NCBI GenBank assembly: GCA_035370405.1
Contig: DAOOVT010000001.1
Location: 485 to 64,484 of the forward strand
Direction of reading: 5' to 3'
Length of the DNA stretch: 64,000 nt
Source of the DNA: Candidatus Dojkabacteria bacterium
GTDB taxonomy: Bacteria; Patescibacteriota; Dojkabacteria; SC72
Positions 39,524 to 50,126 of this stretch are shown piece after piece. How positions within the stretch are numbered: position 1 is the first letter of the stretch; each line of letters begins with the position of its first letter. Below the pieces are notes generated by a model that saw only the letters and a list, made by a program, of their open reading frames with translations, had not been told where the DNA came from and did no database searches. The position numbers were made by a program, and so were the translations under genes.

Positions 39524-40660
39524 TTATTTTATAGCTTTCTCTATTTCTTCCAACGCTTTATCACCAATCCCCTTGATATTCTTTAATTCTTCCTTCTTCA
39601 TATTTTTCAACAAGCCAACACTCGAAACTCCTGCTTCCATCAAAGACTTTACTACACGCGGTGACAAATTAAGCTCTTCAACCGATTTCTCATCTTCCGC
39701 TGCCTTCACCTTCTCTGCAGCCTCTATTTCGGCATCTATATTCTTCTCTTTTTTCACTATTCTGACAACGGAAAACTCCTTATCAACCTTAACCTTACCT
39801 TCTCTCAAAGCCTTCATTCTCTCTCTGTCATCCTCCTCCATCTTCTGTCTCCTCTCCTTCTCTTCCAAATACTCTTTATGAAGTTTAGCTAATCTTGCTT
39901 CATGATCTCTTCTTAATGAAGTCACCGATTCGGCCTTCTTTGTCTTTCCACAAATACTTCCGAAAATATTTACAAATAGATTAATACTCTTAATGGAATC
40001 ATCATTAGCAGGTATAGGATAATCAATTAAATCAGGATTACAATTAGTATCTATCAACCCTATTATAGGAATATTCATATTTCTGGCTTCTTTTATAGCA
40101 TTCTCTTCAACTTTGCTATCTATAACAATCATTGCGGAAGGAAGTTCATCCATAAATTTAATTCCACTATATATTCTATTAAGTCTATCAACCTCTTTCT
40201 GCATAACAAGCATCTCCTTCTTAACTCGTCCTTCACCTCCTTTTGCCAAATCCTCCTCCATTTTCAAAAGATTTTCTACACTTCTCTTAATCGCATCAAA
40301 GTTGGTAAAAAGACCTCCCGGCCATCTTCTATTTATGTAAAACATACCATTTTGAAGTGCTATATTCTGAACTATTGTTGCAGCTTGACCTTTAGTTCCA
40401 ACAATAAGTATATTTCCTCTCTCACTAAATTTTGACAATGCATTCAATGCTTTCTCTAACTCCTCATTTGTCTTAACCAAATCAATTATATGAATCCCAT
40501 TTCTTTCTTCATATATATACTTTTCCATTCTTGGATCCCAAGCACTCTTCTTATGTCCGAAATGACATCCTGCCTTTAGTAAATCTATTAACTCTGGTAA
40601 TTGAAAACTCTTATTTTTAGTCTCAGTCTTCTCGGAGACTTCTTTTTTGGTTTCTACCAT
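39524..40660 (-). CDS. rpsB: 30S ribosomal protein S2 with an approximately 170 aa C-terminal extension ending in an HhH-like module.
   Basis: S2 core (LLKAGCHFGHKKSAWDPRM...GLIDTNCNPD). Start at 40660 is preceded by AGGAAAGGA. The C-terminus SPRVVKSLMEAGVSSVGLL...GIGDKALEEI is helix-hairpin-helix-like. Confidence 0.85.
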   Translation of the reverse strand: MVETKKEVSEKTETKNKSFQLPELIDLLKAGCHFGHKKSAWDPRMEKYIYEERNGIHIIDLVKTNEELEKALNALSKFSERGNILIVGTKGQAATIVQNIALQNGMFYINRRWPGGLFTNFDAIKRSVENLLKMEEDLAKGGEGRVKKEMLVMQKEVDRLNRIYSGIKFMDELPSAMIVIDSKVEENAIKEARNMNIPIIGLIDTNCNPDLIDYPIPANDDSIKSINLFVNIFGSICGKTKKAESVTSLRRDHEARLAKLHKEYLEEKERRQKMEEDDRERMKALREGKVKVDKEFSVVRIVKKEKNIDAEIEAAEKVKAAEDEKSVEELNLSPRVVKSLMEAGVSSVGLLKNMKKEELKNIKGIGDKALEEIEKAIK

Positions 40661-40794
40661 ATTTTTTTCCTTTCCTTTTAAAAAATATTTCTGAAGGGGA
40701 ATATACTTTCCATATATCACCCAGGATCGGTCAGAAATATATGAGATATTAAACAGCACGATTATACATATCAAAGGCCGTTAATGCAAATAAA

Positions 40795-41430
40795 TTAAAC
40801 CTCTATCCGTTTCCATTCATTTCTCCCTATAACTATATGATCTAACAAAGTAATACCAACTAAATCCATTCCCATCTTCAACTTCTTTGTAATAGCCTCA
40901 TCCTCCCTGCTTGGCATAGGATCTCCAGAAGGATGATTATGCGCGATAATAACACTATTGGCATTTAATTCTAATGCTGGAATTAAAATATCCCTAGGGG
41001 TAATTGACACCCCATCTATACTACCTATACATATAGTTCTTCTCTTTATCAATTCAAATCTAGAATTCAAAAAAAGGCCAACAACATACTCCTGCTTTTT
41101 TCTCCCAATATCTTTAAGAACCTCATATGCATCTGAAGAATCGCGTACAAAACGCTTACTAGAATCCTGAGGCTCATACAATCTCCTACCCAACTCTATA
41201 CCGCACAAAATCCTCATAGCTACAACTGGCCCTATTCCACAAATAGACTCCATATCTAATATTGAAATTTTCTGTCCATCTTCAAGCTTCTTTCTCACCA
41301 AATACAATGTACTCTTCGCAACAGACATAAAATCCTTTCCTTTAACCCCCTTGCCTACAACAATGGCTATCAATTCCATATCAGACAAATTATCAATACC
41401 AAATTTCAAACATTTTTCCCTTGGAAACAT
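40795..41430 (-). CDS. radC: RadC-family JAB-domain protein.
   Basis: HNHPSGDPMPSREDEAITKKL (JAMM motif). An N-terminal HhH. Confidence 0.8.
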   Translation of the reverse strand: MFPREKCLKFGIDNLSDMELIAIVVGKGVKGKDFMSVAKSTLYLVRKKLEDGQKISILDMESICGIGPVVAMRILCGIELGRRLYEPQDSSKRFVRDSSDAYEVLKDIGRKKQEYVVGLFLNSRFELIKRRTICIGSIDGVSITPRDILIPALELNANSVIIAHNHPSGDPMPSREDEAITKKLKMGMDLVGITLLDHIVIGRNEWKRIEV

Positions 41431-41466
41431 ATATCTACACCATACAAACCAACTATGAAAAAATTC

Positions 41467-43656
41467 TTAACTTGCCCTTTTCCTTCGCTTACGTTCCTTT
41501 TTAATATACTTACACTCTGGATAATTACTACATCCAATAAACATACGTCCCCATTTACTTCTTTTCTCTACTAAATTACTTCCACATTTAGGACATTTTT
41601 CATTAAGCAAAAGAGGAACTATACCTTTACACTTTGGATAATTCTCACAAGCCCAAAACTTACCATACTTACCACTCTTAAGAACAAGATTTGACTTACA
41701 CAAAGGACACTCTGTCGGATGAGCATACTTTTCAAAATCTAAACTCTCAACTGCCCCAGAGATATCTTTCATACCTTTACACTCAGGGAACTTTGCACAA
41801 CTCAAAAATTTCCCGTACCTTCCAACCCTTACAACCATTTTTCCTCCACATACAGGACATTTCTCCTCCGAATCTCCAAGTATCACCACATCCTCTTTGT
41901 TTACACCATTCAACGCTTTCGATATATTCTCCATCAAAGGCTTGTATTGTGCATCTATCACAGGAATATATTTTTTCTTACCTAAAGCAATACCATCTAG
42001 CTCATCTTCTACTTCAGCTGTATATTTGTAATCCACTAACTTCTTAAAATTATTCCTTAGAAAATTAGTAACAACCCTCCCAACATCTGTTGGATACATA
42101 GACTTTCCATCTTTTGCTACATACCCTCTTGCAGAAATTGTTGAAATTATAGTGGCGTATGTAGATGGTCTTCCAATCCCAAGTTCTTCTAACTTTTTAA
42201 TTAAAGAAGCCTCTGTATACCTTGCTGGAGGAACCGTGAATTTTTGCTCACTTGCAAAACTAAGTAACTCCAATTCATCTCCTTTTTCAATTCTAGATAT
42301 TTTCTGCATATTATCATCACTACTTCTTCCCCCTCCGAGAACTTTTCTAAATCCATCAAAAATTATTCTTTCTCCACTCATCACAAATATGTATTCAGGA
42401 GATTTAACATCAACAGGTGTTGTATATACAGTAAGTTGCTCAACTTCTTTATTTCTCATTTGACTCGAAACAGCCCTTTTCCAAATTAGAGAATACAATC
42501 TCGCAGCTTGAGTCCCAAGTTCTTTAGCAATCTTTTCCTCTGATACATTGAAATCAGTAGCCCTAATTGCCTCGTGAGCTTCCTGCGCATTTTTTGACTT
42601 AGTTTTGTAATAGTTTGGCTTCTCTGGAAGATATTCTTTTCCATATCTTTTTTCAACTAATTTTCGAATGCTATCTACCGCTTTACTGCTCAAAAAAAAT
42701 GAATCTGTTCTCATATATGTTATATATCCAGCCTGATACAGGATCTGAGCTAAATCCATAGTCCTCTTTGCACTAAAACCAAGTACATTGTATGCCGATT
42801 GCTGAAGTGTTGAGGTTGTAAATGGTGGATATGCATGCTTACTTACATTTCTCCTTTTTACATCCTTTGCGACAAACTTACTCTCTCCAATAGTTCTTTC
42901 TATCTCATCTACCTCTTCTTTGCTCTTTGGTACATATTTTTTCCCATCTTTCCTACTTAACTGTGCTACCATTATTTTCTTTGATGAATCTTTGAGTTTT
43001 ACCGAAACTTCCCAATACTCCTCAGATTTGAACAATTCTCTTTCCTCCTCCTTCTCTACGACAAGTCTTAAAGCCACCGATTGAACCCTTCCAGCCGAAA
43101 GACCATACCATATTTTTTTCCAAATCAACTCTGATAGCTTGTAACCTACAAGTCTATCTAAAACTCTTCTAGCCTTTTGAGCATTAACCAAATCTACATT
43201 TATTTCTCCGGTATTTTTAATTGCCTCTTTTATTGCATCTTCTGTAATTTCATGAAAGGTTACTCTCTTAGGGTTCTCTAACTTTAATACATTCGCTACA
43301 TGCCAGGCTATGGCTTCTCCTTCTCTATCAGGGTCCATTGCTAGATATACATTACCATCTTCGGGAATAGCTTTCTTCAAATCCTTTATAATCTTTCCCT
43401 TGCCATATATATTCTCATACATTGGCTCATATCCGTTATCTATATCTACGCCGAGTTTACTCTTTGGAAGATCAATAACATGACCAACCGTCGCCATAAC
43501 TTTATAATCAGATCCCAGATATTTGTTTATTGTCTTAGCCTTTGAAGGTGATTCAACAATCAGCAGATTTTTGTACGAATGCTTACTTTGTCGTTTAGAT
43601 AATGTCTTTTTCTTTGTTTTTTTGCTCTTTTCCATATTTGTAATGGTTGCAATCAT
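41467..43656 (-). CDS. topA: DNA topoisomerase I with C-terminal zinc ribbons.
   Basis: Toprim (LLIVESPSKAKTINKYLG). An active-site Tyr region. Three C4 zinc-ribbon repeats (CPVCGGKM...CAKFPEC). Confidence 0.9.
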   Translation of the reverse strand: MIATITNMEKSKKTKKKTLSKRQSKHSYKNLLIVESPSKAKTINKYLGSDYKVMATVGHVIDLPKSKLGVDIDNGYEPMYENIYGKGKIIKDLKKAIPEDGNVYLAMDPDREGEAIAWHVANVLKLENPKRVTFHEITEDAIKEAIKNTGEINVDLVNAQKARRVLDRLVGYKLSELIWKKIWYGLSAGRVQSVALRLVVEKEEERELFKSEEYWEVSVKLKDSSKKIMVAQLSRKDGKKYVPKSKEEVDEIERTIGESKFVAKDVKRRNVSKHAYPPFTTSTLQQSAYNVLGFSAKRTMDLAQILYQAGYITYMRTDSFFLSSKAVDSIRKLVEKRYGKEYLPEKPNYYKTKSKNAQEAHEAIRATDFNVSEEKIAKELGTQAARLYSLIWKRAVSSQMRNKEVEQLTVYTTPVDVKSPEYIFVMSGERIIFDGFRKVLGGGRSSDDNMQKISRIEKGDELELLSFASEQKFTVPPARYTEASLIKKLEELGIGRPSTYATIISTISARGYVAKDGKSMYPTDVGRVVTNFLRNNFKKLVDYKYTAEVEDELDGIALGKKKYIPVIDAQYKPLMENISKALNGVNKEDVVILGDSEEKCPVCGGKMVVRVGRYGKFLSCAKFPECKGMKDISGAVESLDFEKYAHPTECPLCKSNLVLKSGKYGKFWACENYPKCKGIVPLLLNEKCPKCGSNLVEKRSKWGRMFIGCSNYPECKYIKKERKRRKRAS

Positions 43657-43720
43657 ATATCACAGTTTACTTGAAAGCAAACCAATGACTATTCTGTTCA
43701 ACTCGTTTTATCATTATATA

Positions 43721-44389
43721 CTAGAATTTAATTGGAATTTTGTACTGTCCCTTGCTAAGCCCCATTAATTCATAGAAATCATCAGCCCTGCATAAAATAT
43801 TTGCTCCTTGTTTAGCTAACTCATTGCATCCTGCAGATACATTACTAAATATACTACCTGGGACTATGTGTACATTACGATTATTCTCTAGTGCATACTT
43901 CGCAGTGATTAGAGAACCGCTTTGCAGACCTGCCTCTATGACGACACAGTGCATCGATAATCCTGCAATTATCCTATTTCTTAAAACAAACATATATTTT
44001 TGCACAATTGTCTTGCTAGGAAACTCAGAAAGTACAAGCCCATCATTCTTTATAATCTCTCTTAGTGTCTCATTCCTGAAATTTAATACCCCCGTGGGTA
44101 TAACCGCAATTGTTTTAATCTTCTTTCTCAAGCAAGTACTATGAGTAAATTCATCAACACCCCTCGCTAAACCACTAACAACGGCTATATTAATATCACA
44201 AAAATCTGTAATTAAGAAATTCTCAATCACATTTCTTCCATAACTTGTCATATTTCGTGTTCCAACGACAGAGATATGATTGTAATTCAAAAGATCAACA
44301 TTTCCCCAACAATACAGCCTCTTGGGAGGATCATATATTTGCTTAAGCAGATATGGATACCTGCTATCACTATATCCCACTATTGTCAT
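43721..44389 (-). CDS. dprA: DNA processing protein DprA (Rossmann-fold core only).
   Basis: VVSGLARGVDEFTH...AGLQSGSLITAKYALE. Upstream of topA, the conserved order. Confidence 0.8.
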   Translation of the reverse strand: MTIVGYSDSRYPYLLKQIYDPPKRLYCWGNVDLLNYNHISVVGTRNMTSYGRNVIENFLITDFCDINIAVVSGLARGVDEFTHSTCLRKKIKTIAVIPTGVLNFRNETLREIIKNDGLVLSEFPSKTIVQKYMFVLRNRIIAGLSMHCVVIEAGLQSGSLITAKYALENNRNVHIVPGSIFSNVSAGCNELAKQGANILCRADDFYELMGLSKGQYKIPIKF

Positions 44390-44423
44390 AGCTTTACGGT
44401 ACTCTGTCTTTATGAAAATTTCG

Positions 44424-46427
44424 TTAAATCAAACCATTTGATATCATCCAATCAATCATCGCTCTAGCAATAGCTACTGCATTGTAACTCTGCCCACCAT
44501 CTTCCAAAAATATGGTAAGAACATATTTGGGGTTTTCATATGGGAAAAATGTTGTAACCCAAGCATGTGTATGCTCATACTCTCCATCTTTGTTCAATTT
44601 CCCGAACTCTGCTGTCCCAGTTTTTGCAGCAACTTTAATCCTCATTCCTGCAACACCAGTTATAGTTGCCCTTCCTCCATTAACAGCATTAAACATTCCC
44701 TCTCTTACAACTTGCAAAGCATCAGCACTCACGATATTCTCATCTATATCCTCAAATGACACAAACTCCTCCTCTTTATTTTCATTAACAAAATATTTTG
44801 CCAAATGAGGCCTATGCAATGTTCCACCATTTGCAATAGCTGAAGTCCAATTTGCCATCTGCAATGGTGTTACCAATGTAATACCTTGTCCTATTACAGA
44901 ATTACAAGAGTCTCCTTCTGGATACCATACAGGTTCTAACCAAGGACTCGTTGTATTTGCCAACGCAATTTTATTTGCTGGGGACGGAAGTCTTCCAGGA
45001 GCTTCTCCTGGAAGATCTATACCTGTATATTTCCCTATCCCAAACCTTTCAAGGTACGGAACAAGAGCATTCATATCCCAATGACGAATCAACTCACAAA
45101 AATAAATATTTGAAGAAACAGATAGAGCATCAATCATATTTAAAGCTCCATACGCATGATTCCCATATTCCTGAAATGGTGCCCCACTTGAAAATGTATA
45201 CCCTGCACTACTAACATACACAGTATTTTTTGTTACAACTCCTGCATCCAAAGCTCCTGCTGCAACTATGGTCTTAAACGTAGAACCAGGAGGAACTTGT
45301 GCTGCTATTGCCCTATTAAGAAGAGGATTCTTGGGATCGTTTAACAATGCATCATATTCGCTTTTTGAAATACCTCCTACAAATGGATTGTTATCATATC
45401 CTGGAAACGAAACTAAAGACAAAATTTCTCCATTTGTAACATCTTCGAGTATTCCAGCTCCTCCAATTGCTTTGTAATCACTAATCCCCTCCTCTAAAAG
45501 AGAGTACAACTCTTTCTGTGCATTAATATCTATTGTTAAATACAAATTCTCTCCTGCTACAGGTTCTCTGAGAGTATATGGCTCATCTGACACTGTCTTC
45601 CCTACAGCATTCACCTCCCACGCAACTTGTCCATGTTCACCCAAAAGTTTTTCATCATACTCCCTCTCTATCCCAGTTATACCTATTGTATCAGTTATAT
45701 CTACATAATCCTTCTTCTCAAGATCTTCTGCTGTAACATCTCCCGTGTATCCCAAAACATGAGAGATTACATTCCCCGCAGGATAGTATCTTTTACTCCC
45801 ATCATCTATATACACACCTACTAGTTTATCTAAATTTGCCTTCACTTTTATCGCAGTATCATTATCTATATCTGTAGCTATTAGTATCTCTTGGAAATAT
45901 GGACTTTCTTTATGCACAGAAAGTATCTTTTCCATTATGGAAGAATACTCTGATTTTCCATCACCCTTGTTCTTCTTCCAATTATCTCCAAGTATTTCGG
46001 AAAGGGAATCAACCGTCTTCTGTAATTTTTCAGCCTCTATATATCCATCAGAATCTAAATAGTTTTCAATTAGAATATATACATTCATAGATGACACATT
46101 TTGTGCCAAAGCTATACCATTCCTATCTAAGATTGCACCTCTCAAAGCAGGTTCCGTTTTAATTTTCACCTTATTGGTCAGTGATTTATCAAGCATCTCT
46201 TCTCCTAATGCTACTTGTAGTGTAACTAAATCCTTTATTAAGATACCGAAGATACCTATGAATAGTAGGAACAAGGCAATGTAATTCCATGCTGGATTGA
46301 TATTATCCTCATGATTTTTTTTAACCGAATTGCGTAAATTTACTGCAAAGTATTTCCTACTTATGCGTATTCGAAATTTTTCTTTTTTCTTTTTCGGTTC
46401 AATTTTTTTAGAAATCTTTAAGTCCAT
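44424..46427 (-). CDS. mrdA: Penicillin-binding protein 2 (peptidoglycan D,D-transpeptidase).
   Basis: An N-terminal TM. STFKTI (SxxK), SVSSN (SxN), KTGTAE (KTG). Confidence 0.85.
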   Translation of the reverse strand: MDLKISKKIEPKKKKEKFRIRISRKYFAVNLRNSVKKNHEDNINPAWNYIALFLLFIGIFGILIKDLVTLQVALGEEMLDKSLTNKVKIKTEPALRGAILDRNGIALAQNVSSMNVYILIENYLDSDGYIEAEKLQKTVDSLSEILGDNWKKNKGDGKSEYSSIMEKILSVHKESPYFQEILIATDIDNDTAIKVKANLDKLVGVYIDDGSKRYYPAGNVISHVLGYTGDVTAEDLEKKDYVDITDTIGITGIEREYDEKLLGEHGQVAWEVNAVGKTVSDEPYTLREPVAGENLYLTIDINAQKELYSLLEEGISDYKAIGGAGILEDVTNGEILSLVSFPGYDNNPFVGGISKSEYDALLNDPKNPLLNRAIAAQVPPGSTFKTIVAAGALDAGVVTKNTVYVSSAGYTFSSGAPFQEYGNHAYGALNMIDALSVSSNIYFCELIRHWDMNALVPYLERFGIGKYTGIDLPGEAPGRLPSPANKIALANTTSPWLEPVWYPEGDSCNSVIGQGITLVTPLQMANWTSAIANGGTLHRPHLAKYFVNENKEEEFVSFEDIDENIVSADALQVVREGMFNAVNGGRATITGVAGMRIKVAAKTGTAEFGKLNKDGEYEHTHAWVTTFFPYENPKYVLTIFLEDGGQSYNAVAIARAMIDWMISNGLI

Positions 46428-46430
46428 AGT

Positions 46431-46934
46431 TTATGACAGTTTTATGTTTGATCTATTACCCTCTTTTCTAAATCTACTAGTAAATATTTCACATAGTATA
46501 ATTATTATCAAAGAAATAGCTGAGTACAAGACACAATTTTTTAATTCTGCTGAAGTTACGAGAGTAAACGCTCTATTCAAAAATAACGATGGAAGCATGG
46601 AAAAAAGAATGTAATATACCAGTAGGGTGAAGAATTTGACACCCCAAGAAAGTATTCCCACCTCTGTAGAAAAAAATATCGATACCAAAGAGAAGAATAT
46701 CAAGGCTAATAAGGCTGTTAAAAAATTAGTTCCTAACATGTAATGAGATGTAACATCAATAATGAGACATATTATGAACATCAAAGGAAAAAGAATTTTC
46801 CAATCAACTTTCCTATACAAAAACAAGAAGAAAACAAATGCGATATTTATACCAAGCAAATTAGAAAAAAAACTTTCCAAAAATATGAAGAGAAAAATCC
46901 CAACTATTGTGTATATTAGTTTTAATACAATCAT
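46431..46934 (-). CDS. mreD: Rod shape-determining protein MreD.
   Basis: A 167 aa polytopic membrane protein between mreC and mrdA. Confidence 0.6.
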   Translation of the reverse strand: MIVLKLIYTIVGIFLFIFLESFFSNLLGINIAFVFFLFLYRKVDWKILFPLMFIICLIIDVTSHYMLGTNFLTALLALIFFSLVSIFFSTEVGILSWGVKFFTLLVYYILFSMLPSLFLNRAFTLVTSAELKNCVLYSAISLIIIILCEIFTSRFRKEGNRSNIKLS

Positions 46935-46940
46935 ATTGTT

Positions 46941-47780
46941 CTATATTTCAACAAATACAGTAATTAAATTATCATAATTGATTAATGGATTTACATAACC
47001 AGTTTTTGATGTATTCGCTGGATTGTCAGATAGCCCTACTAGATATCCAAGTACTAGGTAATTTCCAATTTTTTCATCGTTAAGCACAACAACATCTCCC
47101 TCTTTAACATTTGCATCAGCAGACATATTTTCCACTTTGATACCATTGCCTGTCCCTATGACAACTGCTTTGCTTAGAATCGGTGGTTCAGAGGAAATGA
47201 CTGCATTCTCAACACCTGGTTGAGTGATTATTGCTTCAAAATTATTTCCTTTAGACAAGGGTAATTTTACTAGAGATCCAGTTTTATCCGATTTTATAAC
47301 TTGCCCAACATATACATTACCAATACTTACAACATTGTCCTGCTTCACTCCATCATCACTTCCAGCATTTATTTTTATATATTCGGAGTCATTTCTACCA
47401 AGCACTTTACAAGTAACATATTTTTTTGATATATCAGAAAGGTTTAATTGTTTTTTCAAAGAGTCATTCTCTTCCTTTAAGATTAAGTAGTAGGAATTGT
47501 TAATATCTTTTTCATACATATCAATTTTTAAGTTATTGTAATCTTCCATAAATTCACCCATCTTCACAAAATTTTGGAAATACCTCCTTACTCCCGTACC
47601 AATTTCCGCTCCATTATATGCCAAAGGCTCAAATACATATGATATTCCATTTCTAAGAGAGGTTACTAATCCAATACTATCTAGTAGTACAAAAATTATT
47701 CCTGCAAGTATACTCACAGATATATATACATATGTATTGTCAAAAACAGATTGAGTCTTTCTCATTTTCAAACAAAACAC
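46941..47780 (-). CDS. mreC: Rod shape-determining protein MreC.
   Basis: An N-terminal TM, a coiled-coil (LKKQLNLSD), and a beta-rich C-terminus. Position after mreB. Confidence 0.7.
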   Translation of the reverse strand: MFCLKMRKTQSVFDNTYVYISVSILAGIIFVLLDSIGLVTSLRNGISYVFEPLAYNGAEIGTGVRRYFQNFVKMGEFMEDYNNLKIDMYEKDINNSYYLILKEENDSLKKQLNLSDISKKYVTCKVLGRNDSEYIKINAGSDDGVKQDNVVSIGNVYVGQVIKSDKTGSLVKLPLSKGNNFEAIITQPGVENAVISSEPPILSKAVVIGTGNGIKVENMSADANVKEGDVVVLNDEKIGNYLVLGYLVGLSDNPANTSKTGYVNPLINYDNLITVFVEI

Positions 47781-47786
47781 ATTTAA

Positions 47787-48842
47787 TTAAACCAGCTCAT
47801 CCCATGATTTTTGTATTCTTTGGAGTAGATCTATGTGATCGAGCATTAGTGCTGTACCTTTAGCTGTTACAGACATAGGTTCATCAACTATTTTAACTGG
47901 CATATTAAGTTCTTCACTAAGGTATACATCCATTCCTCTTATCAATGCGCCCCCACCAGTAAGATATACACCTGAAGTAAGTAAATCCTTCAGAAGTTCT
48001 GGCGGAGTATCTTCTATGGCATCTTTTACAGATTCTGTTATTATTCCAATGGTATTCATGATTGCTTCTCTTATCTCTATGCTGTTAATTTCAACAGTTT
48101 TGGGTAATCCGGTAAGCAAATCACGTCCTTGCACACCCTGTTTCTTTTCCTTTTTTAGAGGAATAGCTGAACCCATGAGTATTTTAATATCTTCTGAACT
48201 TCTCTCACCTATCAGAACATTGTATTTATTCCTTATGTAATTAACGATATCCTCATCCATTTCATCTCCAGCCACTTTCATTGTTTTGTCAACAACAATA
48301 TCTCCGAGTGAAAATACTGCTATATCCGTAGTCCCTCCCCCTATATCAACAATCATGCTCCCTGAAGCATCTTCAACAGGAAGACCAGCCCCTACTGCAG
48401 CAGCCATAGATTCTTCAACTATGAAAACTTCCCTAGCTCCAGCAGTTTTTACTGCATCTATAACTGCTTGTCTTTCAACTTCGGTAACAGATGATGTTAC
48501 TCCAACAATAACTCTTGGCCTTGGTATCTTAAACCCCTTACTAAAGTATGTGTGAGCTTTCTTTATGAAGTGAGAAATCATTGCCTGTGTTGTATCAAAA
48601 TCTGAGATAACTCCATCTCTAAGAGGTCTTACTGCAACTATATTAGCTGGAGTTCTCCCTATCATCTGACGAGCTTCCTTCCCTACAGCAAGTACCATTT
48701 TTGTCCGCTTATCAACAGCTACAACTGAGGGTTCAGAGACAACAACACCATGATTTCTCATGTACACCATAGTATTGGCAGTACCTAAATCTATTCCAAA
48801 ATCATATGTAACTAATTCCCATAGGGAATCAAGCATACCCAT
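47787..48842 (-). CDS. mreB: Rod shape-determining protein MreB (actin-like ATPase).
   Basis: FGIDLGTANTMVY (phosphate 1), IVDIGGGTTDIAV (phosphate 2). Confidence 0.9.
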   Translation of the reverse strand: MGMLDSLWELVTYDFGIDLGTANTMVYMRNHGVVVSEPSVVAVDKRTKMVLAVGKEARQMIGRTPANIVAVRPLRDGVISDFDTTQAMISHFIKKAHTYFSKGFKIPRPRVIVGVTSSVTEVERQAVIDAVKTAGAREVFIVEESMAAAVGAGLPVEDASGSMIVDIGGGTTDIAVFSLGDIVVDKTMKVAGDEMDEDIVNYIRNKYNVLIGERSSEDIKILMGSAIPLKKEKKQGVQGRDLLTGLPKTVEINSIEIREAIMNTIGIITESVKDAIEDTPPELLKDLLTSGVYLTGGGALIRGMDVYLSEELNMPVKIVDEPMSVTAKGTALMLDHIDLLQRIQKSWDELV

Positions 48843-48942
48843 CGTTTAATCATTTAATCGTTTAAATAATATACGACATTATACAACAAAAACTGTTCAT
48901 TTAAGAACCAAAAGAGTAAAAATTTCTTTGAAAAATGTAAAA

Positions 48943-49158
48943 CTACTTTAATACTTCCTTTTGAAGCTTCTTGTAGCACTTCATACAAACAGTAAGTTTC
49001 GTAGGGATACCATCAACCTCCACTTCAACTGTACGAAGATTAGGCTTAAAGGCCCTCTTTGTTTTTGGAGCTTTGTATCTCCACCCAACAGAGTGCTTGT
49101 GCTGTATCCTATTACCAGACACTGTAGATTTTAAACATAAATCGCATCCTTTTGACAT
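48943..49158 (-). CDS. rpmB: 50S ribosomal protein L28.
   Basis: MSKGCDLCLKSTVSGNRIQHKHSVGWRYKAPKTKRAFKPNL, the L28 signature. Start trimmed to the internal Met. Confidence 0.8.
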   Translation of the reverse strand: MSKGCDLCLKSTVSGNRIQHKHSVGWRYKAPKTKRAFKPNLRTVEVEVDGIPTKLTVCMKCYKKLQKEVLK

Positions 49159-49224
49159 AGTCCGTGCATTATATATTAAAACAAGCGACGACGCAACCAT
49201 TTCATTCACATATCTGTATCACAG

Positions 49225-49246
49225 AATATACCCCACGGGGTATATT
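49225..49246. promoter_or_regulatory. A 22-bp near-perfect palindrome in the divergent rpmB / M50-protease promoter region; candidate operator.
   Basis: AATATACCCC-AC-GGGGTATATT, with 10-bp arms. Confidence 0.35.
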
Positions 49247-49279
49247 ATCTCTTCTTTTCTCTAATCAGCATAGTGTATA

Positions 49280-49903
49280 ATGACGACAACTATGTTTGAT
49301 ATCACATGGATGGTCTTTGCGTTACCATCAATAATTCTAGCGTCAGCAGTACACGAATATGCTCATGCTGCGACTGCATACAAGCTCGGAGATCCAACAG
49401 CAAAAGCAGAAGGAAGAATGACATTAAACCCCCTTGCTCATATCGACCCCATGGGTATTTTGTGTATGGTTCTTTTTCGATTCGGATGGAGCAAACCAGT
49501 TCCAATAAATGAAAATAATTTCACAAATAAAAAGCTTGGAATGGCACTCTCCGCTCTATCTGGACCAGTGTCAAATTTCATTCTCTTACTACTCACAGCC
49601 TTACTCAATTATTTACTAAAACCTAGTATCTCCTCTCCCATTTATCTTTTCCTATTTGTCTTCGCCATAGTAAATTGTTCTCTCTCCATATTCAATTTAA
49701 TTCCAATACCACCACTTGACGGGCATAAAATTGTCGGAGGATTACTGCCAAATCGCCTATCATACTATTGGGATGATCTTGAGAAATACTCTCTTCTACT
49801 AATCATAGTTCTTGTCCTTCCAATTTTTCCTTTTGGATCTTTAGCCTCATACATCATCTCATCGGCTATTGGAAATATAATGGTGCTACTAGGCTTTTAC
49901 TAA
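49280..49903 (+). CDS. Site-2-protease-family (M50B) zinc metalloprotease. The true start may be the Met at 49292 (leaderless).
   Basis: AVHEYAHAATAYKLGD (HExxH) ...GRMTLNPLAHIDPMG. Four TM helices. A TGTATAAT box at 49274-49281 overlaps the first ATG. Confidence 0.75.
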   Translation: MTTTMFDITWMVFALPSIILASAVHEYAHAATAYKLGDPTAKAEGRMTLNPLAHIDPMGILCMVLFRFGWSKPVPINENNFTNKKLGMALSALSGPVSNFILLLLTALLNYLLKPSISSPIYLFLFVFAIVNCSLSIFNLIPIPPLDGHKIVGGLLPNRLSYYWDDLEKYSLLLIIVLVLPIFPFGSLASYIISSAIGNIMVLLGFY

Positions 49904-50044
49904 AAGAATTACTAACGGCTCAAATATATTTGTTTTATCTTTCCCATCAATATATAATGAAGTTGCTCTGATTGGATATAGGCGGTTTCATAGCTCCATA
50001 TTGTAGAGCTTGGGATCCCAAACAGTGTAAATCGCTCAGTCCTG

Positions 50045-50079
50045 TGGGATTGAGTTGAGGGAACCCACTTGTTCTTTTT
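50045..50079 (+). terminator. GC-rich hairpin followed by a T-tract; possible intrinsic terminator or structured element upstream of the tRNA promoter.
   Basis: GTGGG-N15-CCCAC, then TTGTTCTTTTT. A TGGGATCCCA palindrome lies at about 50000. Confidence 0.3.
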
Positions 50080-50126
50080 GAGCTCTATGACTCTGCCTCC
50101 TTTCAGGGCATTCATTCCCTACTCTT

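Noticed and set aside
39524-40774. The full 416-aa ORF-track version of rpsB starting MICIIVLFNISY.
   Set aside because: The extra 38 N-terminal codons have no RBS. The internal Met (MVETKK) is preceded by AGGAAAGGA, and the S2 homology begins there.
49912-50115. A 67-aa minus-strand ORF in the gap between the M50 protease gene and the tRNA promoter.
   Set aside because: It has no RBS or family resemblance. The region is better explained by a hairpin terminator and promoter elements. Kept only as a low-probability possibility.
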